Source: Macrostomum hystrix (Eukaryota; Animalia; Platyhelminthes). Taken from it: DNA of 64,000 nucleotides. Positions 17,496 through 32,599 of this stretch are shown here, in pieces; within the stretch, counting starts at the first letter, position 1, and every line of letters begins with the position of its first letter. The translations under genes and the position numbers were made by a program. The stretch lies in the NCBI GenBank assembly GCA_950097015.1, contig CATNEN010000003.1, forward strand, positions 6,014,001 through 6,078,000. The letters run 5' to 3'. A model generated the notes under the pieces. It ran no database searches. It was given only the letters and a program-made list of their open reading frames with translations, and had not been told where the DNA came from.

Positions 17496-18049
17496 TCTAA
17501 TTTTTTTCCAACTGTCTTCAAAATTTCTTCCTCGCTACCGTCCACTCTCGACTTTGGATAATTTTATGTGGTCCTAATCTCACTCAGCTTTCTCTCCCCT
17601 TCCTCTCTCCCCTTCCTCTCTCCCCTTCCTCTCTCGCCTTCCTCTCTCCCCATCCTCTCTCACCTTCCTCTCTCGCCTTCCTCTCTCCCCATCCTCTCTC
17701 ACCTTCCTCTCTCCCCATCCTCTCTCACCTTCCTCTCTCCCCATCCTCTCTCACCTTCCTCTCTCCCCTTCATCTCTCCCCTTCCTCTCTCACCTTCCTC
17801 TCTCCCCTTCCTCTCCCACCTTCCTCTCCCACCTTCCTCTCTCACCTTCCTCTCTACCCTTCCTCTCCCACCTTCCTCTCCCACCTTCCTCTCTCACCTT
17901 CCTCTCTGTCACTTTCATCTTCTCTCTGCATGATCCCTGAGAGACTCAACAGTTTATATCGACAGTAGACAGATGATGCACCAGTGTCTACTGTATACAT
18001 CCCCTGCAAGCAGTGTTAAATGTTTGATTATAATTATCTTCTTCTGCAG

Positions 18050-18154
18050 TGGCCGTCCCTGCAGCAGAACCATGCCCAGCAGCATTCGCATCTTCAACCG
18101 AGCTCAAATCCTGCTCCAACGGCCAAGTCGCCACCGAATAATCATTATCACCAT

Positions 18155-18185
<31 letters not shown>

Positions 18186-18289
18186 CGCCGCTAATGCTAC
18201 AAGCCCGTCAGGCAAATAGCATAGCAAGACAGCCAGTTAAGCATCAGCAGCAGCAGCATCAGCCTTATCTGCCTAGCATTTCCCATTGA
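18050..18289 (+). CDS. Second identical copy of the CDKL terminal exon (orphan or alternative last exon)
   Basis: Identical to 8705-8944 at offset +9345, with its acceptor intact; lies inside the tandem duplication. Confidence 0.55.
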
Positions 18290-21200
18290 AATATTTTCGT
18301 TTTAAGTAAATAGACACAAAAAAGCAAAGCATAAACCCTAACAATGATTTAAGATGTATATTTTTCTGCATTGGTAGTTTATGTATCCATGCGATCTTTA
18401 AATTCAATCACTCATTTTACGATGAGTCATTGCTACTCTATTGCTTTATATGAGTCAGAGTTAAAAAATGTTTCTAGATTACCTATAGAGGAGGCTGGGG
18501 TTGTGTTTTTATGCGTTTTCAGCTCTAATTATGATCTGTTGTTGTGTTAACCCCGTCTCTGAGTACCTAGCAATTTCCTGCTGAGGCAACCAAAGCCAGA
18601 CTAATTCCACTAAGGCTAGGACTATGATGAAGTTGAGTATAGACTCATGCGGTTCATCACTATATTTGTGCCTTTTGTGGTTTTGTCTTTAGGGCTACAT
18701 ATGCAGATGAAACCTTTACCTTTCCCCACATCCTCATTCTCTTGCCTGAGCACAACGGAGAAGAAAGAATGGCAAAAAATGAGCATACAAAACAGAAAAA
18801 AAAACATCATAGCTCACATCCATAGGCACGTGACTGCAAAAAAAACTGACCAATTCGTCTAATATAATATTAGACAGCAGTATAATATGTTTCGTATTTT
18901 ATGATGAGTCAAATGGGACATAGGATTGATCAAACAGAAGAGAGAAAGACGGCGTAGAGATAAGACAGAGGAGAGATAGACGGTGTAGAGATAAGACAGA
19001 GGAGAGATAGACGGCGTAGAGATAAGACAGAGGAGAGATAGACGGTGTAGAGATAAGACAGGGGAGAGATAGACGGCATAGAGATAAGACAGAAGAGAGA
19101 TAGACGGCGTAGAGATAAGACAGAGGAGAGATGAGACACGGGAGAGATGAGACACGGGAGAGATGAGACATGGGAGAGATGAGACACGGGAGAGATGAGA
19201 CACGGGAGAGATGAGACACGGGAGAGATGAGACACGGGAGAGATGAGACACGGGAGAGATGAGACATGGGAGAGATGAGACACGGGAGAGATGAGACACG
19301 GGAGAGATGAGACATGGGATAGATGAGACACGGGAGAGATGAGACACGGGAGAGATGAGACACGGGAGAGATGAGACACGGGAGAGATGAGACACGGGAG
19401 AGATGAGACACGGGAGAGATGAGACACGGGAGAGATGAGACAAGGAAGAGATGAGACACGGGAGAGATGAGACACGGGAGAGCAGGATGTTGCCGCCACG
19501 AGATGAATCCTGTGGGCGCAGGAGTATCGAAAAAATTTACGTTTTTGGCGGATACGCAATGAAGAAAATTTAATTCCGGCAAATTAAATGGAGCATGGAA
19601 ACGCTGGAAAAAAACTAACAATGCAAAAGAAGCAGGAAAGGTAAGATAGTGATGGAATAGATCCCAAAGAGGCAATTCAATTATAATGGGAAGTGGGCGA
19701 CAGTCAGGAAAGAGAGAAAAAGCAATTAATAATTTTTTTGCTTTTAAACCCATAAGCAGCCAGCCACAGCCGGAAATTGATAGCGTCCTTAGTAACCGTG
19801 CAATTTCCAACAGCCCAGCTATAGTTTGTTGCTGTTTTCGCAAAAGCAGATAAAAACAATAATTTTTCTGCCTTTTCTGCTACCAATGCCGTTTTTTCCA
19901 GGGCTGTCATAATCCAGTTTTATTAAACTTTTGTTACAGTCACTGAACATTTCTGTCGAGAATGAAATTTAATGTCTTTTGTTATTGCAGTGTCAGAGAA
20001 GTGGTGTTTTTATATCTTATTGGTCTATCTGACTTAGGTACTTTAAAACTCTTTGCAAAGTCTGTTCTTATTGATATACATTGATACAAATGTGGTTATA
20101 TAATCAATATCTACTTAATATGTCTACTGTACATACATATACGATTTTCTGGTTTGCAACTTAGCTTCAGATATTTAACTTTGATGTATGTCGTTTTTTT
20201 AATTACCTTACGTTTTTGTTTAATTTGTTTGCATTCAATTTAAACCGATTTTGCTTTATTTTGGAACTTTGACTTTGCTTGACTTGCCATTCTAAGGTAT
20301 GTTTATGTCTTGAACGTTTGAGTTTAATCATCAAATATTTTTCAAGACTGGGGAAATATTGTTTTGTTGTTGTATGCCTTCAAAGCACATAAATGTATTC
20401 AAGTTTTTTTAATCCTGGAGTGTGTTTTTTCATACTACTTACTGAACTACTCAAAGTAGCGTAATTAGGAAATTTGTTTTTAGCGCGAAATATATACTGT
20501 AATTTTACGAGTTTCATCTTAAATTATTCTTATTAAAAATCAACAAAAAAATTGCTCGTTGAATTCAGTAGGGATGTAATAATTTATTTCGAAAATAGTT
20601 AGGACTGTATTGTCAAACGTTTTAAAGCAATTATCAGCAAAATCTAAAATGTTATCAAGTCGCTAATATTATAATTAACATTCGATAATGTTATGAATCC
20701 ATGAAGTAACTAGAACGCACGATTTAAATAGTTATAGCTACATTTAAACAAAAACATAAAATTGAATAGCTGGTACAATGGAGTACAGTGCTGTACACTT
20801 TGAAATGAAATTGGGGAAAATTACTCTCGTTAACTTTAAGGGATAATCACAATATGCCAGTGGCCCAAAATTTAGTTCATTTAACTCCTGAAGCAATGGC
20901 CAATATACAGCAGCAGCAGCAGCAGCAGCAGCACTTTGATTAGATCGACTTCACTTCAAATGCATTTCCACTAAAAGACGATATAGAGCGAGGCTGCAAA
21001 TGGCTCCTATATGAAACTATATATAACTGCTGAGGTACTGATAGGCATAGGCCAAATAGACCAAAAGAGAGAAAATAGAGGATTACAATTACAATTATTT
21101 TCAGCTACCGCTAGGAAATGTACTATAAGCACTTACGCTATTTACCGTCACTATATGTAACGCAAACCTTACCTTAATTGGCATTTCACCTTGACTCGTG

Positions 21201-21807
21201 AACTAATATCTTGTATGCTTCTGGTCAACAATATATACTAGCCGATTGTTCATTGGTTCTTGATGATCGGTCGTTGCGATTCGGTTAATTTTGTTATTCG
21301 ATCGAGTTTAATAAATTTCGGGCGTGAATTTAGCATTTAAATTGAACTCGCAATTCAGAGAGTCTAGTTCAAGATGATCCTTTCTAGCGACTGTACGGAT
21401 CTGCAGGAAGTTGCAAAGAAAAAAGGTGAAGCATCCAGATTAAGAAGGACATTGCCTGTTCGTTCACATTCCGGAAAATACCGACCCTTCAGTTTTCATT
21501 CATAAATCTCTGACTAAAACCAGCACACTCAAGAACCCAACCCAACACACAGCACAACTGCACACACTTAGACTGCCAATAGGCCATCCCTCATCGAAGT
21601 TACGCATTGAAAGGCGAAAAAACTGGACAGCGAAAATTCCTGAAGCTTGTTCACCTGCATTGAAGATTGTTCGGTTAAGGCCTGATTGGGACTCCTACGA
21701 GAAGAAGTAGAAGAGGCTAATTCCTTGCATTGTTTGCAGCTTTTCCTACGTCAAGTATGGCTGCATGGAAAATACTTTTCCTGCTGATGAAAGACAGTCA
21801 AAGATGC

Positions 21808-22183
<376 letters not shown>

Positions 22184-25157
22184 GTCTGTCTACTTTACAG
22201 ACCAGTGCGTCAATAAACGTAATAATGTAGTTACTTTAGTTATTCTGTAGCACAGCTGTGATCTCATGAGCTTTTTCTGGACACAATTCCACACAGTACT
22301 TTAATACAGACCAGCCATTGAATAATGAATGCTACGAGAGCTCACATGCGATGCTGAACAACTGCAAGCGGGTGATTCGCAGCGAGAGATCTGGAGTAGG
22401 AGAGCGACAGGCACTGATGGAGTTTACGATACAACTGAAGCCCTATAAAAGTGAATGTTGCGTGCGGTGTACAAGGGGCGTCTGCAACTAAATCTTAGTA
22501 AGAAGTCTCTAATGCGAACCTTCGTGCATGTAAGATTCTTTGTGATTTAGTGTGTTTTGGGGTTGGAATGCTTCGTGGTTTGTGTATTTTGAGTTTTTCA
22601 TGTCTTTCGGGTTCGTGTGCTTTGGGGTTGGAATGCTTCGTGGTTTGTGTATTTTGAGTTTTTCATGTCTTTCGGGTTCGTGTGTTTTGGGGTTGGTGTG
22701 TTTTGGGGTTGGTATGTTTTGGGGTTGGCGTGTGTGTGGTTGGCGTGTTTTGGGGTTGGCGTGTTTTGGGGTTGGCGTGTTTTGGGGTTGGCGTGTTTTG
22801 GGGTTGGCTTATTTTGGGGTTAGCGTGTTTAGGGGTTGGCGTTTTTTGGGGTTGGTATGCTTTGGGGTTGGCGTGTTTTGGGGTTGGCTTTTTTTGGGGT
22901 TGGCGTGTTTAGGGGTTGGCGTTTTTTGGGGTTGGTATGTTTTGGGGTTGGCGTACGTTTTGCGGTTCGCGTGTTATATGGTTGAAGTGTTTTGGATTTA
23001 GTGTAATTTTCTGATTAACAGTTTAAACTGTTGTACTTTAAAACTATTGTATAGATGGCTAACTGCCTATAAGTGAGGCATGGAAGTAAAATTATTTCAA
23101 ATGTCACTTACAAAGCTGGTCTCAAATGACAGCTTTCTTGAGATTAGACGACTGCATAAGCGGATTCTCTTTAGAAGTAATTTAAACCACACGAGAGTGA
23201 CGGCCGCGCGGTCCACTTTAAATCGAATCGCATCAAATTGAGCCATTCGAGAAATCCAGTGCAGTGCAATTAGACTTTTTAAAAGAGAATTTTTCTGTTA
23301 CTCGTAATCAAAGCAAGCGATTTTCGAGCCCCACTTTAGGTTACAAAAGGCTGTATGCATTTCCTCTGATTTTTCTCTATGCAAACAGATCGAATGAAAA
23401 GTCACGATTCTAAAATGCGAGAGAGAGAGGTAGAGACGACACAGACCTTCGCAACCTCGAAGTTTCTCACTCACTCACTCACTCACTCACTCACTCACTC
23501 ACTCACTCACTCACTCACACACACACTCACTTACTCACTAACTCACTCACTCACTCACTCACTCACTCACTCACTAACTCACTCACTCACTCACTCACTC
23601 ACTCACTCACACACACACTCACTCACTCACTAACTCACTCACTCACTCACTCACTCACTCACTCACTCACTAACTAACTCACTCACTCACTCACTCACTC
23701 ACTCACTCACTCACTCACTCACTCACTCACTCACTCACTCACTCACTCACTCAATCACTCACTAACTCACTCACTCACTCAATCACTCGTTCACTCACTC
23801 ACTCACTCACTCACTCAATCACTCATTCACTCACTCACTCACTCACTCACTCACTCACTCACTCAATCACTCAATCACTCAATAACTCACTCACTCACTC
23901 AATCACTCACTCACTCAATCACTCACTCACTCACTCACTCACTCAATCACTCAATAACTCACTCACTCACTCAATCACTCGTTCACTCACTCAATCACTC
24001 ACTCACTCAATCACTCACTCACTCACTCACTCACTCACTCACTCACTCACTCACTTACTCACTCACTCACTCACTCACTCACTCACTCACTCACTCACTC
24101 ACTCACTCACTCACTCAATCACTCACTCACTCACTCAATCACTCATTCACTCACTCACTCACTCACTCACTCACTCACTCACTCACTCACTCAATCACTC
24201 AATAACTCACTCACTCACTCAATCACTCACTCACTCAATCACTCACTCACTCACTCACTCACTCAATCACTCAATAACTCACTCACTCACTCAATCACTC
24301 ACTCACTCAATCACTCACTCACTCACTCACTCACTCACTCAATCACTCACTCACTCACTCACTCACTCAATCACTCACTCACTCACTCACTCACTCAATC
24401 ACTCACTCACTCAATCACTCACTCACTCAATCACTCACTCACTCACTCACTCACTCACTCACTCAATCACTCACTCACTCACTCACTCACTCAATCACTC
24501 ACTCACTCACTCACTCACTCAATCACTCACTCACTCACTCACTCACTCAATCACTCACTCACTCAATCACTCACTCACTCAATCACTCACTCACTCACTC
24601 ACTCACTCACTCACTCAATCACTCACTCACTCACTCACTCACTCACTCACTCAATCACTCACTCACTCACTCACTCACTCAATCACTCACTCACACACTC
24701 AATCACTCACTCACTCACTCACTCAATCACTCACTCACTCACTCACTTACTCACTCACTCACTCACTCACTCACTCACTCAATCGTTGGTGATCAAGTAA
24801 AGATAAAATGCAGTCTCCGAGGAAGTTGTACTCAAAGTGAGAGCAGCGGCAGGCAAGATGGAGTTCGATGGCGGAATTGTCGATTATTTGGTGAAGCATT
24901 TCGCTCGCTTTGGAAAAGATCGCCGGGGCCTGAAAGTGGTCGGAAAAGGAGAGAGAGAGAAAACTAGAGATGGGAGCCGGACAGACATACCACCAGCTGA
25001 TTTTTCCCCCTAATAGGGAAGTCGATGACTGCTCAATAATTTAATAGTTGTCCCTTAGAAGTGCGCGTGGACAGAACTGCCTTTCAACTCTTTTCCTACC
25101 GTCCACTCAGCCAGGGACAGCTAAAAAAACACGAAAGCAAAGTAGCCAGAAACTAGC

Positions 25158-28140
25158 TCTAATCTGTAAACTACAGTATTCTAATCTGTAGATTCGATAT
25201 TCTAATCTGTAGATTCGACATTCTAGTCTGTAGATTCGACATTCTAATCTGTAGATTCGACATTCTAATCTATAGATTCGACATTCTAATCTATAGATTT
25301 GACATTCTAATCTGTAGATTCGACATTCTAGTCTGTAGATTCGACATTCTAGTCTGTAGATTCGACATTCTAATCTATAGATTCGACATTCTAATCTATA
25401 GATTTGACATTCTAATCTGTAGATTCGACATTCTAGTCTGTAGATTCGACATTCTAATCTGTAGATTCGACATTCTAATCTATAGATTCGACATTCTAAT
25501 CTATAGATTTGACATTCTAATCTGTAGATTCGACATTCTAATATGTAGATTCGACATTCTAATATGTAGATTCGACATTCTAATCTGAAGATTCGATATT
25601 CTTATCTGTAGATTTGAAATTCTAATCTGTAGATTCGACATTCTAATCTGTAGATTCGACATTCTAACCTATAGATTCGATATTCATATATTTAAGATTC
25701 GACATTCTAATCTGTAGATTCGACATTCTAATCTGTAGATTCGACATTCTAATCTGAAGATTCGGCATTCTAATCTGTAGATTCGACATTCTAATCTGAA
25801 GATTCGGCATTCTAATCTGTAGATTCGACATTCTAATCTGTAGATTCGACATTCTAATCTGTAGATTCGACATTCTAATCTGTAAATTCGAAATTTTAAT
25901 CTGAAGATTCGGCATTCTAATCTGTAGATTCGACATTCTAATCTGTAGATTCGATATTCTTATCTGTAGATTTGAAATTCTAATCTGTAGATTCGACATT
26001 CTAATCTGTAGATTCGACATTCTAACCTATAGATTCGATATTCATATATTTAAGATTCGACATTCTAATCTGTAGATTCGACATTCTAATCTGTAGATTC
26101 GACATTCTAATCTGTAGATTCGACATTCTAATCTGTAGATTCGACATTCTAATCTGTAGATTCGACATTCTAATCTGTAGATTCGACATTCTAATCTGTA
26201 GATTCGATATTCATATATTTAAGATTCGACATTCTAATCTGTAGATTCGACATTCTAATCTATAGATTCGACATTCTAATCTGAAGATTCGGCATTCTAA
26301 CCTATAGATTCGATATTTATATATTTAAGATTCGGCATTCTAATCTGTAGATTCGACATTCTAATCTGAAGATTCGACATTCTAATCTATAGATTCGACA
26401 TTCTAATCTGTAGATTCGACATTCTAACCTATAGATTCGATTTTCATATATTTAAGATTCGACATTCTAATCTGTAGATTCGACATTCTAATCTGTAGAT
26501 TCGACATTCTAATCTGTAGATTCGATATTCATATATTTAAGATTCGACATTCTAATCTGTAGATTCGACATTCTAATCTATAGATTCGACATTCTAATCT
26601 GAAGATTCGGCATTCTAACCTATAGATTCGATATTTATATATTTAAGATTCGACATTCTAATCTGAAGATTCGGCATTCTAATCTGTAGATTCGACATTC
26701 TAACCTATAGATTCGATTTTCATATATTTAAGATTCGACATTCTAATCTGTAGATTCGACATTCTAATCTGTAGATTCGACATTCTAATCTGAAGATTCG
26801 GCATTCTAATCTGTAGATTCGACATTCTAATCTGAAGATTCGGCATTCTAATCTGTAGATTCGACATTCTAATCTGTAGATTCGATATTCTAATCTGTAG
26901 ATTCGACATTCTAATCTGTAAATTCGAAATTTTAATCTGAAGATTCGGCATTCTAATCTGTAGATTCGACATTCTAATCTGTAGATTCGATATTCTTATC
27001 TGTAGATTTGAAATTCTAATCTGTAGATTCGACATTCTAATCTGTAGATTCGACATTCTAACCTATAGATTCGATATTCATATATTTAAGATTCGACATT
27101 CTAATCTGTAGATTCGACATTCTAACCTATAGATTCGATATTCATATATTTAAGATTCGACATTCTAATCTGTAGATTCGACATTCTAATCTGTAGATTC
27201 GACATTCTAATCTGTAGATTCGACATTCTAATCTGTAGATTCGACATTCTAATCTGTAGATTCGACATTCTAATCTGTAGATTCGATATTCATATATTTA
27301 AGATTCGACATTCTAATCTGTAGATTCGACATTCTAATCTATAGATTCGACATTCTAATCTGAAGATTCGGCATTCTAACCTATAGATTCGATATTTATA
27401 TATTTAAGATTCGGCATTCTAATCTGTAGATTCGACATTCTAATCTGAAGATTCGACATTCTAATCTATAGATTCGACATTCTAATCTGTAGATTCGACA
27501 TTCTAACCTATAGATTCGATTTTCATATATTTAAGATTCGACATTCTAATCTGTAGATTCGACATTCTAATCTGTAGATTCGACATTCTAATCTGTAGAT
27601 TCGATATTCATATATTTAAGATTCGACATTCTAATCTGTAGATTCGACATTCTAATCTATAGATTCGACATTCTAATCTGAAGATTCGGCATTCTAACCT
27701 ATAGATTCGATATTTATATATTTAAGATTCGACATTCTAATCTGAAGATTCGGCATTCTAATCTGTAGATTCGACATTCTAACCTATAGATTCGATTTTC
27801 ATATATTTAAGATTCGACATTCTAATCTGTAGATTCGACATTCTAATCTGTAGATTCGACATTCTAATCTGTAGATTCGATATTCATATATTTAAGATTC
27901 GACATTCTAATCTGTAGATTCGACATTCTAATCTATAGATTCGACATTCTAATCTGAAGATTCGGCATTCTAACCTATAGATTCGATATTTATATATTTA
28001 AGATTCGACATTCTAATCTGAAGATTCGGCATTCTAATCTGTAGATTTGACATTCTAATCTGAAGATTCGACATTCTAATCTATAGATTCGACATTCTAA
28101 TCTGTAGATTCGACATTCTAATCTATAGATTCGACATTCT
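25158..28140. repeat. 21-bp satellite TCTAATCTGTAGATTCGACAT, full array with higher-order structure
   Basis: About 3 kb; a variant block recurs at +1036 (ORFs at 25664 and 26700). Confidence 0.97.
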
Positions 28141-28859
28141 TTTTGTCTATGTCGAATTCTTAACTTTAGACTCGACACTATAATCTAGAGGCTTGACACC
28201 GTGATATACCGAGTTGATCTGCAACTTTTGTTATCTAAAATTCAGCCTGGTTACAAAAATTGCACCCAAGCCACGTTGGTCGTTCTTCTCTCTGTACAGG
28301 CATTTCGCACCCGAAACCCTCCAGTCCTTTGACCAGTGTAGCGTGAATGTGCCAACCACAAGCACATCATTTTATATTGGCCAGCGGACGAAAGGATTTT
28401 ATCGGCTAAAATTTCTTTGAATATTGATTCCCGTACAAATGCTATGAAATATGCATTTTTACTGCATTTCTTAGGCACTGGAATCTGCTGGCAATGTGTG
28501 TTGATTATTTGTGTATTGGGAATTCCATTACTGTGAATTCCTCACTAACCTTTGAATTTGATTCCAATGCTGATAAAATTTCTGACAAATGCAAGGGTTC
28601 TGTACCGAAATCGAGACTTAATAGTACAATTTGTAACATATTTTGATGGAAATTCATTTGACTTTCAAATTCTTGAAATATAAGGTACATTCAATCATAA
28701 ATTAAATTCTAATGATAATCTAATGAGATTAATAGACCATCCGATAGGTATTTGAAAATTGCATATAATATATTAGTAGATTGTCTTTCTGGGATTATTA
28801 GACTACTTAAGTAAATATTAATCGATAATCTAATTGAACATAAGTAGATTACCTGTTTG

Positions 28860-29310
28860 AAGATTGATAGATCATCCAGTAGAAGATTGATAGATCATCC
28901 AATAGAAGATTGATAGATCATCCAATAGAAGATTGATAGATCATCCAATAGAAGATTGATAGATCATCCAATAGAAGATTGATAGATCATCCAATAGAAT
29001 AGTGATAGATCATCCAATAGAATATTGATAGATCATCCAGAAGAAGATTGATAGATCATCCAATAGAATATTTGTAGATCATCGAATAGAAGATTGATAG
29101 ATAATATAGAAGATTGATAGATAATATAGAAGATTGATAGATAATATAGAAGATTGATAGATAATATAGAAGATTGATAGATAATATAGAAGATTGATAG
29201 ATAATATAGAAGATTGATAGATAATATAGAAGATTGATAGATAATACAGAAGATTGATAGATAATATAGAAGATTGATAGATAATATAGACGATTGATGG
29301 ATCATCCAAA
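28860..29310. repeat. 23-bp then 20-bp array TAGAAGATTGATAGAT(CATCCAA/AATA)
   Basis: Two related units in series. Confidence 0.93.
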
Positions 29311-29903
29311 AGAACATTGGATGGCATTGATACTTCATCCAACACAAGTTGGATGAACTATCTAATAAATTATTGAAAGATAAGCGAGGAAAATCTTTCG
29401 ATTGATTGACTGATAAAAGATTAATAGATCAGCAGAAAAGGATACTGATTGAGGTTTTATCAAAAGAACTTTTATTCGATAACAGAAAACAAAAATTTCA
29501 ATGGAAGGAACGAACCCGAACACAAGCGTTGCCTTACAATATTCTTTTACTATTGGGTTCAAGTCAAGGTCCTTAAGGGGTACCTCTCCTAATCAGACTG
29601 AGGCTTTAGTCATTGGTCAGAGTCCAAATGCAGCTATGTTCCCCATCCGTAGGGGCAACGTCTCCCCAACTTCCCCAATCCCCAGCCGTTGGGGGGAGGT
29701 AAGGGTAGGCTAGAAAATCTCCCCCTGGAACGACCAACCGCAGGCCAGGGAGCGGCGAGGTTCACGCGTAATGCTTGTGAATGCTGAAGATCCGGGGTTT
29801 AGTACACTCGACTTAAATGGTTGCTGTTAAAGCCGCGCATTAACCTTTTTTTTCTACCAAATTTTTATTCGGTCGAAATTTTAGAAAATTCTAAAAGAAG
29901 ATT

Positions 29904-30131
29904 ATGGAAGCGGCCTCTGGCAGTCATCATTCTCTGCAGCCGGATCCTCCACCAGAGGCTCAGCCTGACCAATCGTCGCAGAATGAGCAGCAGTCAGCAG
30001 CCTACAGACCCAGATGCTGCTCAAACCAAGAGGAAGCTGTGCTGATCTACCAGGCCAAATTCCGTCTAGATGAGCCGTTTGGCCGGCAGACGAGAAGCGA
30101 TTCGCTCAAGATGGAAGCCGCGGGGCACAAG
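29904..30131 (+). CDS. SLC9B2: SLC9B/NHA Na+/H+ antiporter, probable first coding exon
   Basis: attATGG start, GC-rich codons, ends CACAAG|gtgaga in phase 0, joins in frame to 34159. No family motif in this exon. Confidence 0.65.
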
Positions 30132-30334
30132 GTGAGAGACGCGACTGACAGATTGGATATTTTTGTTGGGATGCCTAGAAATTAAAGTAGGAATAAATTG
30201 CAAGGAAAATTATAGATTTGGAAAAAGGCAGAAGTGGCAGAAAATGGAAGATTTGGAAACATTTTAAATTTGGGGAAATAGGAGATTGAACAGGATGTTA
30301 GATTTAGGAAAAAAGTTAGATTAGGAAGAATAGC

Positions 30335-31100
30335 AGATTGGGAATAATGGTAGATTGGTAAGAATGGTAGATTGGGAAGAATGGTAGATTGGTAAGAATG
30401 GTAGATTGGGAAGAATGGTAGATTGGGAAGAATGGTAGATTGGGAAGAATGGTAGATTGGGAAGAATGGTAGATTGGGAAGAATGGTAGATTGGGAAGAA
30501 TGGTAGATTGGGAAGAATGGTAGATTGGGAAGAATGGTAGATTGGGAAGAATGGTAGATTGGGAAGAATGGTAGATTAGGAAGAATGGTAGATTGGGAAG
30601 AATGGTAGATTGGTAAGAATGGTAGATTGGGAAGAATGGTAGATTGGGAAGAATGGTAGATTGGGAAGAATGGTAGATTGGGAAGAATGGTAGATTGGGA
30701 AGAATGGTAGATTGGGATAAATGGTAGATTGGGATAAATGGTAGATTGGGAAGAATGGTAGATTGGGAAGAATGGTAGATTGGGAAGAATGGTAGATTGG
30801 GAAGAATGGTAGATTGGGAAGAATGGTAGATTGGGAAGAATGGTAGATTGGGAAGAATGGTAGATTGGGAAGAATGGTAGATTGGGAAGAATGGTAGATT
30901 GGGATAAATGGTAGATTGGGATAAATGGTAGATTGGGAAGAATGGTAGATTGGGAAGAATGGTAGATTGGGAAGAATGGTAGATTGGGAAGAATGGTAGA
31001 TTTGGGAATAATGGTAGATTTGGGAATATGCTAGATTTGGGAATAATGGTAGATTTGGGAAGAATGGTAGATTTAGAAATAATAGTAGATTAGGATAGAT
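30335..31100. repeat. 17-bp minisatellite GGGAAGAATGGTAGATT (SLC9B intron 1)
   Basis: Tandem copies with degenerate edges. Confidence 0.95.
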
Positions 31101-31851
31101 GGGAAGAATCGTAGATGGGAAAATGTTAGATTGGGAAGAATAGAATTGGTTGAACGGGAAATATTTAAGATTAGGAGAATTTTTAGCAGAATAATAAAAC
31201 ATTGTTAGAAGGTGAAGTCAAGGTAAGGAGGTATTTCTACCTTTCGCAAGCGTAAGAAACAAAGCCGGGAATTGAGTTGGGAAATTGTCAAGTCGTGTAG
31301 AATGAACTGTGAAATTCAAGGTGACGGGATGTGATACTATAAAATTGGGATTAGTAAGAGGTCGAGAGTATTTACGCATTTAATCCTTCAGTTGGTTACA
31401 AGGGCACTGAGCTTAGTTGAGTATTGAGAACGGGCAAGGGAAAAGAGAATTTGGTCTGAGATGAAGGGGGAACAAGGAAGGCTGAGTGTCAAATCCAGGA
31501 TTCAGGAAATTCAGGAAATTCAGGAAATCCCTGAGCCGCAGAGTAGCGACTTCAAGCAGAAATTGCCAGTGCTCAAAGCAGGAAAATTGTCTTTTTTCGC
31601 AGCCGTTGTTGATACGAGGGCTGGCAAAATAAGCCACACTGTTGTCTTGAGTACACTACCTGTTTGCCTGTTCTGAGTATGCAGTGAATTTTTTTTCATA
31701 GTTGGGTGAGAACTACTTTGCAATCTGATTGGTTCGGAATTGCTCAAAAAACTAAAGTGCTCACATATTTGTGTTACATTTCATGCAGTACTTTACTGAC
31801 TTTTAAGAAAAAAATATTTATTTTATGACGGAGCATTGAAGACCTGAGTTC

Positions 31852-32556
31852 GGCAGATTGGAGATTGGCAGATTGGAGATTGGCAGATTGGAGATTGGCA
31901 GATTGGCAGATTGGCAGATTGGAGATTGGCAGATTGGCAGATTGGAGATTGGCAGATTGGCAGATTGATAGACTGGCGGATTGGAGATTGGCAGTTTGGC
32001 AGATTGCAGATTGGAGATTGGCAGATTGGCAGATTGGCAGATTGGAGATTGGCAGATTGGCAGATTGGCAGATTGGAGATTGGCAGATTGGCAGATTGAT
32101 AGACTGGCGGATTGGAGATTGGCAGTTTGGCAGATTGCAGATTGGAGATTGGCAGATTGGCAGATTGGCAGATTGGAGATTGGCAGATTGGCAGATTGGC
32201 AGATTGGAGATTGGCAGATTGGCAGATTGGCAGATTGGCAGATTGCAGATTGGAGATTGGCAGATTGGAGATTGGCAGATTGGAGATTGGCAGATTGGCA
32301 GATTGGAGATTGGCAGATTGGAGATTGGCAGATTGGAGATTGGCAGATTGGAGATTGGCAGATTGGCAGATTGGAGATTGGCAGATTGGAGATTGGCAGA
32401 TTGGAGATTGGAGATTGGCAGATTGGAGATTGGCAGATTGGCAGATTGGAGATTGGCAGATTGGCAGATTGGCAGATTGGCAGATTGGAGATTGGCAGAT
32501 TGGAGATTGGCAGATTGGCAGATTGGCAGATTGCAGATTGGCAGATTGGCAGATTG
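31852..32556. repeat. Mixed 8/7-bp array GGCAGATT / GGAGATT
   Basis: Interspersed octamer and heptamer units. Confidence 0.95.
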
Positions 32557-32599
32557 TAATTTAGCAGATTGGAAGAATCAAAAACCACCAAATTATAAT

